A stretch of 59,842 nucleotides of DNA from a virus (IMGVR_UViG_3300025132_000006:1-59842); one strand, 5' to 3'; numbered from the stretch's first letter, positions 37,765 through 47,718 are shown. The notes: generated by a model not told the origin, from the sequence alone. Program-made: numbers and translations.

Positions 37765-37769
37765 CGCCT

Positions 37770-37976
37770 ATGAGTTATATTACATCTAAACAATTATCAG
37801 GAAAAGAGGCAACTACGGGAGTCGCTAGGACAGAGAAAAAAGCCCGTGAAGAAAATCAAAATGAAGTAGTAATTCTGGCAAGAAAAATGGCTGATGAAAT
37901 CATAAAGAAAGAAAAAGAAAAAAAGAAAAGTAATATAAAAGAAAAAAAGAAAAAGAAAGAAATAGATACAATTTAA
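37770..37976 (+). CDS. Lys/Glu-rich hypothetical protein
   Basis: In frame with the listed ORF at 37689; ATG 37770 is the more plausible start; A-tract-rich 3' half. Confidence 0.45.
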   Translation: MSYITSKQLSGKEATTGVARTEKKAREENQNEVVILARKMADEIIKKEKEKKKSNIKEKKKKKEIDTI

Positions 37977-37987
37977 AGATTAAATAG

Positions 37988-38197
37988 ATGTCAGAAGTTA
38001 TGGAAAATATTACAAATTTATCAGTTGAAGAACAGGATAAGGTTTTAACTAAACTGGCTAGTATTACAAATTTAGAATCAATCGAAGTGGATGGTGTGGT
38101 ATATCACATCCCAAAGCCTGTGTCTGAGCTAATTGATAGTATTTGGTTACAACTTCAAGATAAAAGATTAAAACTAGGTGAAATCAAAAAAGATTAA
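37988..38197 (+). CDS. Hypothetical protein
   Basis: ORF overlapping the putative terS. Confidence 0.6.
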   Translation: MSEVMENITNLSVEEQDKVLTKLASITNLESIEVDGVVYHIPKPVSELIDSIWLQLQDKRLKLGEIKKD

Positions 38198-38945
38198 GGA
38201 CATAGAACATATCGTTTACGATAGTGTCCAAGACTTCAAAGAACATAACCCAACTTCTGAATTATCCAATGATTGGAAAAATGCAAAAGAAGGTGAATGG
38301 GTATTATCAGATGATAATCGAGTTGTTCAACTTTTAAAGGTATCCCACAAAATCAATCATCCCTCAGATAGAAAAAATTACACATATGCCAAAGGATGGG
38401 TAAGAACAATCGTTGGGACATTCCTCATTCACAAAAATACATTTATGGATACAGATTTTGACCTACATCCAAATAGATACACATTCAGTAAAAATATAAA
38501 AGATACCAACAAAAGAGTTAAGCAAAGAGCGAATGTAACTAAAAAAGAAAAACTATTTGCTACAAATGTTGCCGTAGGTATGGGGGCAGTTAAATCCTAT
38601 ATGGATGCCTATGGAGAATTAAACCATAACAAAGCTAAAAATAAAGCTGCTGTGCTTTTAAAGCAGGAGAGAGTAATGAAAGAAGTAGAAAAGAGTGTAA
38701 TGGATGTCGCCAAAGAGCTTGGTGTAGACCATGAATACATTTTTAGAAATCTTAAAATATTAGCTGAAACTTCTACTGACGAGAATATTGCCTTGCAATC
38801 CTTAAAGGAACTTGGAAAAGCAATTGGTACGTTAGGAGGAGGAGTAAAGAAAGTTGAACAAGGTGTTGTTGGTCTATTTAGTGGATTCACTCCAGACCAA
38901 ATAGCAAATGTTGAGCGTAAAATGATTGCGGAGAAAAAAGAATAA
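38178..38945 (+). CDS. Putative terminase small subunit
   Basis: T.KEKLFA...A.G..A..SY..AY......A...A..LLK...V HTH, followed by helices ending SLKELGK; upstream of terL. Confidence 0.6.
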   Translation: MKSKKIKDIEHIVYDSVQDFKEHNPTSELSNDWKNAKEGEWVLSDDNRVVQLLKVSHKINHPSDRKNYTYAKGWVRTIVGTFLIHKNTFMDTDFDLHPNRYTFSKNIKDTNKRVKQRANVTKKEKLFATNVAVGMGAVKSYMDAYGELNHNKAKNKAAVLLKQERVMKEVEKSVMDVAKELGVDHEYIFRNLKILAETSTDENIALQSLKELGKAIGTLGGGVKKVEQGVVGLFSGFTPDQIANVERKMIAEKKE

Positions 38946-40024
38946 TGGCTATAGATGATTTTACAAAAGATGACGATGGTCGTTTAATAGCTTGTCCAAA
39001 GCCGACTTGTGGAGGTAGAGCTATGAGGAAAGACGGTTGGCAATATTGGAAAAATTCTAAAAAACAACGATGGTTTTGCTATTCTTGTTATAAAAAAACA
39101 CTAAATCCTAAAATAATTCACGAAGCTGAGTTTGAAGTAAAAGAATACCATGATGAAGACCCTGAAGTGCCAATTGACACTCTCATTGATTGGAGAAAGC
39201 AAAAATTTCAAAGAACTATAGAAAATAAGACTAAAAAGACTCTTATAGACATTGAAATTGGAACAAAAGGTCCGATAGGCATTGCACACTTTGGAGACCC
39301 TCATGTAGACGATGATGGAACAGATATAGCACAAATTCTACACTATACAGACATAATTAACCAAACGGAAGGTATGTTTGCAGGGAATTTAGGTGATATA
39401 CAAAATAATTGGATTGGAAGACTAGCTAGGCTTTATTCAGCTCAATCAACTACCGCTAAAGAGTCTTGGAGGCTTACTGAGTACTTTGTAAGTAAGGTTC
39501 AATGGCTCTATTTGGTAGCAGGAAACCACGATGTCTGGTCAGGTGATGGTGACCCTCTAGAATTTATAATGAGAGACCATAAGGGCGTATTTGAGCGTCA
39601 TGGTGCTAGAATGAATTTAAAATTTCCTAATGGAAAAGAGATTCGTATCAATGCTCGTCACACTTTTAAGGGAAATAGTATGTGGAATACTGCTCATGGA
39701 GTTTCTAAAGCAATTCAAATGGGTTGGCGTGACCATATACTTACTTCTGGGCATACTCATGTTTCGGGTTATCAAGTTCTTAAAGACCCTGCTAGTGGAA
39801 TAATTAGTCATGGACTACAAGTCGCTTCTTTTAAAATTATAGATGAATATGCTGATAGGCTTGGTCTTGACGATAAAAATATATTCAATTGCCCAGTAAC
39901 AATTATTGACCCACAATATGCTGACGATGATAATAGATTAATTACTACAATATTTAATCCTGAAAATGCTTGTGAATATTTAACATACTTGAGGAAGAAA
40001 TGGAAAGAATCAACGAAAAAGTAA
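38945..40024 (+). CDS. Calcineurin-like metallophosphoesterase with N-terminal zinc ribbon
   Basis: GDPH, NLGD, GNHD, ARH and GHTH motifs; CPKPTC...K.G...QRWFCYSC ribbon. Confidence 0.85.
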   Translation: MAIDDFTKDDDGRLIACPKPTCGGRAMRKDGWQYWKNSKKQRWFCYSCYKKTLNPKIIHEAEFEVKEYHDEDPEVPIDTLIDWRKQKFQRTIENKTKKTLIDIEIGTKGPIGIAHFGDPHVDDDGTDIAQILHYTDIINQTEGMFAGNLGDIQNNWIGRLARLYSAQSTTAKESWRLTEYFVSKVQWLYLVAGNHDVWSGDGDPLEFIMRDHKGVFERHGARMNLKFPNGKEIRINARHTFKGNSMWNTAHGVSKAIQMGWRDHILTSGHTHVSGYQVLKDPASGIISHGLQVASFKIIDEYADRLGLDDKNIFNCPVTIIDPQYADDDNRLITTIFNPENACEYLTYLRKKWKESTKK

Positions 40025-40212
40025 TGAAAAAAATAAAATCTCGTTTAGACGAGGGTGCTAAGAAATATGGTGAAGAAATATTAATAAATGATGATAGAGA
40101 ATTTGTAAATGAGGCACTTGAAGAATTATTAGATGCTTGTGTTTATCTTTCTTGTAAAATAATTCAATTGGAAAATAAGTTCAAAGGAATACAAAATGAC
40201 CCAGAATGCTAA
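40000..40212 (+). CDS. Small all-alpha NTP-pyrophosphohydrolase (MazG-like) candidate
   Basis: R...G.KKYG and EALEELLDACVYL (ExxEExxD) motifs. Confidence 0.55.
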   Translation: MERINEKVMKKIKSRLDEGAKKYGEEILINDDREFVNEALEELLDACVYLSCKIIQLENKFKGIQNDPEC

Positions 40213-40315
40213 TTATGTTAAAAGAAAAAAAGGGAAAAAAACAAGACAAGGTTCTGGTCGAGGTACAAAAAAAAGTTATAAATCTTATAGAGGACAAGGA
40301 GGTCGTAAAAGATGA
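40196..40315 (+). CDS. 39-aa very basic micro-protein with YRGQG motif (not in ORF track)
   Basis: AAGGA RBS; MTQNANYVKRKKGKKTRQGSGRGTKKSYKSYRGQGGRKR; ATGA overlap with the next gene. Confidence 0.65.
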   Translation: MTQNANYVKRKKGKKTRQGSGRGTKKSYKSYRGQGGRKR

Positions 40316-40509
40316 TAAAACGTAAAGGTATTACAAAAGGTGAGATTGTAAAAGCAATTCAAGGATTAGTTAATCATACTCAAATAATGTCTTCTAGACT
40401 TGATGATATAGATAGAGTTGTTGGTGATTATATAACCTACAAAGGTGACATAAAAAAGTTTGGTGATTTTTTAGATGAAAAATATAAACCTAATGATGAA
40501 GAAGAATAA
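40312..40509 (+). CDS. Hypothetical protein
   Basis: AGGAGG RBS; coupled to terL. Confidence 0.65.
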   Translation: MIKRKGITKGEIVKAIQGLVNHTQIMSSRLDDIDRVVGDYITYKGDIKKFGDFLDEKYKPNDEEE

Positions 40510-42077
40510 TGGCTAATATAAATTCAAGAAATATAAGTCAAGCTGAAGAAGCATTGCAACTTGCACATAGTGACTTGATTGCATTTGGTAAATTATTTTT
40601 ACCTGACGATTTCCTGAGAAGTGAAACTCCTGCATTTCATTATGAGATGGCAGATTCTATTGATGACCATAATACAAAACAATTAGCAATTATTTTACCT
40701 AGAGGACATGGTAAAACTGTCCTTACTAAATGTTCTATTATAAAAGATTTCGTATTTACTGAAAAAGACGATATGCATTTCTATGCTTGGGTAGCTGCTA
40801 CTCAAAAATTATCTGTAGGTAATATGGATTATATCAAGTATCATTTTGAATATAATGAAAGTATTAAATATTATTTTGGTGCTTTGAAAGGAAGAAAATG
40901 GACAGAAGAAGATATAGAGTTAAGCAATGGGTGTAAACTCATTTCCAAGAGTAATGTCGCTGGGATACGGGGAGGAGCGAAATTGCATAGAAGATACGAC
41001 CTCATCATCCTCGATGACTTTGAACACGAACAAAACACAATCACGGCTGAAGCTAGAGCTAAAAATGCTAATCTTGTTACCGCTGTTGTTTATCCCGCCC
41101 TTGAGCCTCATACTGGTAGGCTTCGTGTTAATGGGACTCCTGTTCATTACGATAGTTTTATCAATAATCTTATTATTAATTACGAAAGAGCCAAAAAAGG
41201 AAAAGTTGATAAAGAGTTCTCTTGGAGAGTAATTACTTATAAAGCTATTCAAAAAGATGGCACTCCCCTATGGGATTCATGGTTTCCTATAAAAAAACTA
41301 GAAGAAAAAAAGAAATTCTACCAAGATTCAGGTACACCATCTAAATTCTATCAAGAATATATGATGGAGGTACAATCAGCAGAGGATTCTGTATGGTTAA
41401 GAGAACACATAAAAGATTGGGAAGGATATTATAGAAATGAAGAGGGAATCAATTATATTGTCATTAACGGCGAAAGTACTCCGGTTAATACGTTCATTGG
41501 ATGCGACCCAGCAACAGATATTGACACAAAAGAAAGTGATTTTAGTGTTATTATGGTTATTGCTGTCGATGTTGATAATAATCTCTATGTGCTTGAGTAC
41601 GAGCGACACCGAAGTATCCCAACTATTGGAGCTAAAAAAGTTAGTGGCGACTTAATGGATAAAAAAGGGGTCGTAGACTATATCATAGATTTGTACGATA
41701 AGTACAAATGTTCATCTGCGACCGTAGAAGATGTTGCTATGAACCGAAGTATATTTCAAGCTTTAAATGATGAAAGAAGAAGATTAAATAGATTTGATAT
41801 AGCAGTAATTCCTGAAAAACCTGGTGGCACTAATAAAAGAAATCGCATTTATAGTGGTTTAAGCGGTAGATTTAGCATGGGAACTGTACATATAAGGGAA
41901 AATATGTTTGATTTAAGCAATGAAATTGTTACTTTTGGTCCGAGAATGGCACATGATGACACCATAGAAAGCCTTTATTATGCAAATTTGCACTCATATC
42001 CGCCTAATTATCAACAAGATAAGGAAAGAAAGTGGATAAAACCAAAAAGAAAAGCTAAAAGCTGGATTGTAGCGTAA
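40509..42077 (+). CDS. terL: Terminase large subunit
   Basis: Walker A LPRGHGKT, IRG, Walker B LIILDDFE, GTP, QEYM, nuclease GCDPA...DFS and HDD motifs. Confidence 0.95.
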   Translation: MANINSRNISQAEEALQLAHSDLIAFGKLFLPDDFLRSETPAFHYEMADSIDDHNTKQLAIILPRGHGKTVLTKCSIIKDFVFTEKDDMHFYAWVAATQKLSVGNMDYIKYHFEYNESIKYYFGALKGRKWTEEDIELSNGCKLISKSNVAGIRGGAKLHRRYDLIILDDFEHEQNTITAEARAKNANLVTAVVYPALEPHTGRLRVNGTPVHYDSFINNLIINYERAKKGKVDKEFSWRVITYKAIQKDGTPLWDSWFPIKKLEEKKKFYQDSGTPSKFYQEYMMEVQSAEDSVWLREHIKDWEGYYRNEEGINYIVINGESTPVNTFIGCDPATDIDTKESDFSVIMVIAVDVDNNLYVLEYERHRSIPTIGAKKVSGDLMDKKGVVDYIIDLYDKYKCSSATVEDVAMNRSIFQALNDERRRLNRFDIAVIPEKPGGTNKRNRIYSGLSGRFSMGTVHIRENMFDLSNEIVTFGPRMAHDDTIESLYYANLHSYPPNYQQDKERKWIKPKRKAKSWIVA

Positions 42078-42463
42078 TGGACCCGGAATTAAGAAATATA
42101 GAAGGTATTATAAAAAATTTAGATATAACATCTAATGAATCTGTTCTAAACTTTCAAAAGAAGGTAAATGCCTACACAAATGACTCTACTGGGATTGGAA
42201 TGTACCCAGATAGAGATTTATTAAAAGAAGATGGGATATATGGTGGACATAGTAGAACTAGGCTAGGTAGAATGAAAGAATTTATAAATGATAGAAGAGC
42301 TGATTCTTTATTTGATGCTAATGAAAAAGCAAAAAAAGATTTTTATAGAGATTATATGTGGACTATACCAGAAGATACTTTAGGTGTTCAAGGTGCTAAG
42401 AAATATAGAGCAACTGAAATGTTAAAAGCTAAAACTAAAGAATACAATAAAGGAAGTCGATAA
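42077..42463 (+). CDS. Hypothetical protein with PG_binding_1-like motif
   Basis: V..FQ......L.EDGIYG..S resembles the peptidoglycan-binding motif; immediately upstream of the endolysin. Confidence 0.45.
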   Translation: MDPELRNIEGIIKNLDITSNESVLNFQKKVNAYTNDSTGIGMYPDRDLLKEDGIYGGHSRTRLGRMKEFINDRRADSLFDANEKAKKDFYRDYMWTIPEDTLGVQGAKKYRATEMLKAKTKEYNKGSR

Positions 42464-42844
42464 ATGCCTAGATTTGGGAAAAGGTCTAAAAAAAGACTCG
42501 AAGGAGTAGATAATTCATTAGTTAAAATTTTGAATAAGCTCATAAAAATTATGGATGTAACAATTATTGAAGGTCTTAGAACAAAAGAAAGGCAAGAAGA
42601 ATTAGTTAAAAAAGGAGCGAGTAAGACAAAATACTCTAAACATCTAAAAGGAAAAGCAGTTGATGTAGCTCCTTACCCAATTGATTGGGAAGATAGAGAA
42701 AGATTTCATTACATGGGAGGTATGCTTAGAGGAATTGCTTATGAAATGGGTGTTAAAATTCGTTGGGGCGGCGACTGGGATAGCGATGGCGAAATTGCAG
42801 ATAATTCATTTGACGATTTAGTCCATGTGGAGTTGATAGACTAA
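42464..42844 (+). CDS. Endolysin, peptidase M15 (L-Ala-D-Glu endopeptidase type)
   Basis: IIEGLRT.ERQ, SKHL.G.AVD, RWGGDW and D..HVEL motifs. Confidence 0.92.
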   Translation: MPRFGKRSKKRLEGVDNSLVKILNKLIKIMDVTIIEGLRTKERQEELVKKGASKTKYSKHLKGKAVDVAPYPIDWEDRERFHYMGGMLRGIAYEMGVKIRWGGDWDSDGEIADNSFDDLVHVELID

Positions 42845-42936
42845 TGCCAATGCCTTTTCATTGTATTGAATGTGATAAACCAATATCTCAAGCATTAAAT
42901 GGTGTTTGCGATGAATGTAAACAAGAGGAAGAGTAA
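42844..42936 (+). CDS. 30-aa CxxC...CxxC zinc-finger micro-protein (not in ORF track)
   Basis: MPMPFHCIECDKPISQALNGVCDECKQEEE; TAATG-coupled; GGAG upstream. Confidence 0.6.
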   Translation: MPMPFHCIECDKPISQALNGVCDECKQEEE

Positions 42937-42938
42937 AG

Positions 42939-45200
42939 GTGGCAAGAAAAAGTCTTAAAGTTAAAGCAGGTGAAAATCATGCATTATGGGAGCGTTCTAA
43001 TACTGCTCAAAGAAATAAATGGCAACACGTTGCTCAACAAGGATATGATTTTTATTTAAACGAACAATTATCTACAGAGGAAAAAGACGCTTTAAGAGAC
43101 TCTGGGATGCCAGATTTTATTATTAATCGTATAACACCGATTATTGAAATAATGAAATACTTTGTAACTGCAAATAGTCCTAAATGGAAAGCAGTTGGAG
43201 CTGAAGGTAGTGATGCTGATATTGCTCAAGTTCATTCTGATATTGCAGAGTATTGTTGGTATCTTTCAAATGGAAAATCAATCTATAGCAATGTAATACT
43301 CGATGCATTAACTAAAGGTGTTGGTTATTTTATGGTCGATATTGACCAAAATGCTGATTTAGGTAAAGGTGAAGTATCATTTAAAAGAGTAGAACCTTTT
43401 GATGTATTTGTAGACCCAATGAGTAGAGACTTCTTAATGAGAGATGCTACTTTTTTAATTATTCGTAAAAACTTATCTAAAACACAATTAAAACTTTTAT
43501 TACCTGATTATAAAGCTAAAATAGAAAAAGCAGCGGGTAGAAGTGACCAAATGAGTTTTTCAAAAACTGATTTTGGTGATAGAGATAGTATTATCTCAGA
43601 AGATGTAGATAGTACATATGTTCCATCTGGTGAAGATGATGAAGTTTTACCTTTTTATGAGTGCTATAAAAAAATAAGAGTTCCATTTTATAATTTACTT
43701 ATGCTTGTTCCTCCTACTGAAGAAGAAATGAAGCAAATACAAGCTGATGTTCAAAGTCAATTAGGTGAATTTAAAGCTGAAATGGAAGTTCAAATCCAAG
43801 AAAAATCAAATGAACTAGACGAAGCTGTTCAAAGAGGAGAAATAATTCCTGAAAGAGCAGAGTTAGAAAAACAAAAAATATTAAAGGATATCCAAGAAGC
43901 AATAGCACAACAAGAAATGCAACTAATGTCTCAAATGCAGGAGGCGGCATCACGAACAGAAACTAATATTGTAAGTGAAGAGGAATATAAGATATTAGTT
44001 AAGAATAAAGAAGTAGCTAAACAAATTATTGAAGAAAATAGATTTCATCAAATTAGAATAGAGCTTACTTGTAGTGTTGGAGAAGATACTTTCTTATATG
44101 AGTATGTATTACCTATTTCTGAGTATCCTATTATTCCATTTTCATATATGTATACTGGGACACCATATCCAATGTCAGCAGTTGTCCCTTTAATTGGTAA
44201 ACAACAAGAAGTGAATAAAGCACATCAAATTATGATTCATAATGCTAATCTCGCTTCTAATCTTAGATGGATTTATCAAGAGGGTTCTATCCCTGAGGAG
44301 GAGTGGGAACAATATTCATCTTCTGCAGGTGCATTACTTAAATATAGACAAGGATTTGAAGCTCCAACTCCTGTTCAACCAGCAGCTATTAATAATGCTT
44401 TCTATACAATTACTCAAGAGGGTAAGCAAGATATGGAATATATTAGTGGTATTTATTCATCAATGATGGGTAATACTAAAGAGCAACCTGATACATATAG
44501 AGGGTTACTAGCTAATGATGAGTATGGTACTAGAAGAATTAAAGCTTGGATGACTAATATTGTAGAACCTTGTTTAGAGCATTTAGGAAGAGTATTTAAA
44601 GAAATAGCTCAAAAAACCTATACTGCTAATAAAGTATTTAGAATTGTTCAACCAGAAGCTGGTCAAGCTGCGGATGCCGCTAAAGAGAAAGATGTTGAAA
44701 TTAATATTCCAATTTATAACGATTATGGTGAAGCAGTTGGGAAATGGATGGATTATGAAGGAGCTAAATTTGATATTCGTGTAGTGGCTGGTTCTTCATT
44801 ACCTCTTAATAGGTGGGCATTGTTAGAAGAATACTTCAGATGGTTTCAAGCTGGTCTTATTGACGATATTGCAATGTTAGGAGAAACAGATGTGCGAAAT
44901 AAGAAGAATATTGCAAAGAGAAAATCTTTATATGCACAACTAAAAGGTCAATTAGAACAAATGGAAGAAGCAGTTAAAGATAAAGATGGAACTATTGAAA
45001 CTCTAGAACGTCAATTAGTACAAGCAGGTATAAAAGACAAAATCAAAACTGGGGAAATGGAAGTTCGTAAGGATGTATTAAATACAGAGGCTCAACAAAA
45101 ATTATTACGAGGAATGATGCAAACTGAAATGGATACATTTAGAAAAGACATGAGAAGAGAGATGGATAAGGCAAAAGATTCTTCAAAACCTAAAGAATAG
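42939..45200 (+). CDS. Portal protein (P22-like podovirus type)
   Basis: FY..EQ, INRI.P, G.GY...D, V.PFDVFVDP.S, YPIIPF and Q.EVNK motifs; coiled-coil C-terminus; between terL and scaffold. Confidence 0.88.
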   Translation: MARKSLKVKAGENHALWERSNTAQRNKWQHVAQQGYDFYLNEQLSTEEKDALRDSGMPDFIINRITPIIEIMKYFVTANSPKWKAVGAEGSDADIAQVHSDIAEYCWYLSNGKSIYSNVILDALTKGVGYFMVDIDQNADLGKGEVSFKRVEPFDVFVDPMSRDFLMRDATFLIIRKNLSKTQLKLLLPDYKAKIEKAAGRSDQMSFSKTDFGDRDSIISEDVDSTYVPSGEDDEVLPFYECYKKIRVPFYNLLMLVPPTEEEMKQIQADVQSQLGEFKAEMEVQIQEKSNELDEAVQRGEIIPERAELEKQKILKDIQEAIAQQEMQLMSQMQEAASRTETNIVSEEEYKILVKNKEVAKQIIEENRFHQIRIELTCSVGEDTFLYEYVLPISEYPIIPFSYMYTGTPYPMSAVVPLIGKQQEVNKAHQIMIHNANLASNLRWIYQEGSIPEEEWEQYSSSAGALLKYRQGFEAPTPVQPAAINNAFYTITQEGKQDMEYISGIYSSMMGNTKEQPDTYRGLLANDEYGTRRIKAWMTNIVEPCLEHLGRVFKEIAQKTYTANKVFRIVQPEAGQAADAAKEKDVEINIPIYNDYGEAVGKWMDYEGAKFDIRVVAGSSLPLNRWALLEEYFRWFQAGLIDDIAMLGETDVRNKKNIAKRKSLYAQLKGQLEQMEEAVKDKDGTIETLERQLVQAGIKDKIKTGEMEVRKDVLNTEAQQKLLRGMMQTEMDTFRKDMRREMDKAKDSSKPKE

Positions 45201-45202
45201 CA

Positions 45203-45232
45203 TTGATTATAACAGGTGAAAAGTTTTAAATT
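45203..45232 (+). promoter_or_regulatory. Possible promoter TTGATT-N18-TAAATT upstream of scaffold/capsid
   Basis: Intergenic, before the AAGGAG RBS. Confidence 0.35.
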
Positions 45233-45253
45233 AAAGAAAAGGAGCAGATAATA

Positions 45254-46141
45254 ATGGAAAAAACTGAACAGGACAACACTCAACAAGAGTCCCCTGAAGT
45301 AGACATTATGCAATTAGAAACATCAGAAACAGCGCCAGACGACTCCAATGCCTTTTTTGAGGCACTTGACAGAGGTACGAATGGTGCAATATATGATGAA
45401 CCCTCAACACAGAGAACCTCCGAAGGTGGCAATAACAAGCCAACCGAGAGTCCTGTCGAGAGTGCTGAAGCACAAGCATCTAATAACACAGAAGCAGACA
45501 ATCTTCAGCAAAGGTATTCGGCATCTAGTAGGGAAGCGAAGCGTCTAAATGGTCGCTTATCCGAAATAGAACCGTATATGCCTATATTAGACGCAATGAA
45601 AGAAGACCCTAATTTAATTCAACATGTGAGGAATTATTTTGAGGGTGGTGGAAACGCACCAACTAGTATGAAAGAACAACTGCAATTAGATGAAGATTTT
45701 ATCTTTGATGGCAACGAAGCCTTTGATAATCCAAGCTCTGATTCTGCTCGTGTTCTTAATGCGACAATAGATGGTATGGTTCAAAGAAGGTTGTCAGATT
45801 TTTCATCAAAACAACGCTCCGAAAATCAAAGACTTACTAGTGAGAGTGATTTTAGGCAAAGACATGATATGTCCCAAGAAGAATGGGAAGATTTAGTAGG
45901 ATTTGCTAAAGATAAGAAACTCGATTTAGAAGACATTTATTACCTTAAGAACAGAGAAAATAGAGATAAGAATATAAGACAAAATGCTCAACAAGAGGTT
46001 GCAAACCAAGTGCGAAATGTACAAGGAAGACCTCAATCGTTAGCATCTACAGGCGGAGCAGCCACAGAAGAAAAATCAGCAGATGATGCAGTGTTCGACC
46101 AATTACTAGGCGGTGAGTCAATTAACCGTCTACTTGGCTAA
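45254..46141 (+). CDS. Capsid scaffolding protein
   Basis: Acidic disordered N-terminus, coiled coil RY..SSREAKRL; between portal and capsid. Confidence 0.75.
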   Translation: MEKTEQDNTQQESPEVDIMQLETSETAPDDSNAFFEALDRGTNGAIYDEPSTQRTSEGGNNKPTESPVESAEAQASNNTEADNLQQRYSASSREAKRLNGRLSEIEPYMPILDAMKEDPNLIQHVRNYFEGGGNAPTSMKEQLQLDEDFIFDGNEAFDNPSSDSARVLNATIDGMVQRRLSDFSSKQRSENQRLTSESDFRQRHDMSQEEWEDLVGFAKDKKLDLEDIYYLKNRENRDKNIRQNAQQEVANQVRNVQGRPQSLASTGGAATEEKSADDAVFDQLLGGESINRLLG

Positions 46142-46165
46142 AAGTCGAACAGCCATAGAGTAGAC
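46128..46165 (+). other. Hairpin between scaffold and capsid genes (possible mRNA stabiliser or processing site)
   Basis: gtctact-tggct pairs with agcca-(tag)-agtagac. Confidence 0.4.
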
Positions 46166-46188
46166 ATAAAACACAAAAGGTACACACT

Positions 46189-47718
46189 ATGGCACAATCA
46201 GATGCCACCTATCCGGGTGACCATCCCTTACATTTAAAACATAGTTCGGGATTAGACGAAGGATATGGTGTATTTAATGGTTCTTCACTTTCCACAGGTG
46301 ACCTTCGGAGAAAATATAATTTTGCTGAAAGATTCAGCGAATTGGCTATTGACCAAACACCTTTTTTCCGATTGGTATCCAAGGTAGGTAAAAGACCAAC
46401 TGACGACCCTTCGTTTAAATTTACGGAGAAACGTCAATCATGGATGAAACGCTACTGTTATGTAGTAGCTCAAATCAAAACAGGCTCAACAAAAGTCTAT
46501 GACGATGCTACATTAACAGCTCATGGCGGTGATGCATCAATGGCAGTAGGTGATACTGTGAAACTATATATGGCTACTGATTATGAATCAGCTGGTAATA
46601 TACAGAATATTCACGGACAATCATCTGGTGCTATTGCAATTGGAGCGGCTGGAACAGCTCCTGAATTCCTATTACCAAACCAAATAATCCAAGTTAATCT
46701 ATCAGCTACGACTGGTGGTGGAACTGCAGTAAGTGATTATACTCTGATTAAAATATCATCAGTAGGTGCACAAGAAGCAATTACTGGTGTAGCAGAGGCA
46801 AAGTTGGTAACAGGTACTGTAGTTAAAGCAGCTAGCGGTGAGTTTACTTCTTTTTCAAGTAACGCACCAGTCTTACAAGCTTATGACAAAATTATTTCTA
46901 GCGATTTAGAAGCTAAGAGATGTTATGTTGTAGGTAACTCATATGAAGAAGGTTCTTCTTTAATGGGTAAGACATGGAAAGATAATCCATATAGTACTGG
47001 TTATGGACAGACTCAAATCTTTAGGTCTGAGTTTGGTATGACCAATACTGCTCGTGCAACTGTCCTTAAATACGAACCTAATGAATGGGCTCGTGTTTGG
47101 AGAGACAAACTTATCGAGCATAAGTGGGAAATCGAACAGACTGCTCTCTTCGGTTCACAATATACAGATGGTAGTGGAGTACAACATACTCAAGGAGCTG
47201 TTGATTATATTGTTAATTATGGAAACGTATTCTCATGGTCTACAAGTAAAAATGTAGACAATTTCATGGATGATATGTCTTCATACATTGACCCTAGATA
47301 TAATAGCTCAAAAGCTACTGTTTACTTTTGTGATACAGAAGTCTACAACTGGTTACATAAACTAGGTGGTTACTTCTCGCAAAACGTGAGTATTGATTCT
47401 CAGTTTAGCGCAGACTTAGCTATCACTGGTCGTAAGAAAGTCTTAGGACTTGATGTTACTACCATTAGTACTCCATTAGGAAGTATGAATGTAACTAGGA
47501 ATGTTGCACTTGATAGAAGCAATGTTAAGATTCTAGGAGTTAACATGAATAACGTCAGATACCGTCCTCTAGTTGGAAACGGCATTAATCGTGATACATC
47601 GATTTATGTTGGAGTACAATCTCTAGAGAATACTGGAACTGATAAACGTGTTGATATGATTCTTACAGAAGCTGGATTCGAGTGGAAGATGCCAGAATCA
47701 CACGCAGTTTGGAAATAA
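46189..47718 (+). CDS. Major capsid protein (DUF5309/SU10-like, HK97 fold)
   Basis: TPF..L, F.F.E, TQIF...F..T.TA.A, K..EHK.EIE...LFG and final E.GFE.....SH pattern. Confidence 0.88.
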   Translation: MAQSDATYPGDHPLHLKHSSGLDEGYGVFNGSSLSTGDLRRKYNFAERFSELAIDQTPFFRLVSKVGKRPTDDPSFKFTEKRQSWMKRYCYVVAQIKTGSTKVYDDATLTAHGGDASMAVGDTVKLYMATDYESAGNIQNIHGQSSGAIAIGAAGTAPEFLLPNQIIQVNLSATTGGGTAVSDYTLIKISSVGAQEAITGVAEAKLVTGTVVKAASGEFTSFSSNAPVLQAYDKIISSDLEAKRCYVVGNSYEEGSSLMGKTWKDNPYSTGYGQTQIFRSEFGMTNTARATVLKYEPNEWARVWRDKLIEHKWEIEQTALFGSQYTDGSGVQHTQGAVDYIVNYGNVFSWSTSKNVDNFMDDMSSYIDPRYNSSKATVYFCDTEVYNWLHKLGGYFSQNVSIDSQFSADLAITGRKKVLGLDVTTISTPLGSMNVTRNVALDRSNVKILGVNMNNVRYRPLVGNGINRDTSIYVGVQSLENTGTDKRVDMILTEAGFEWKMPESHAVWK

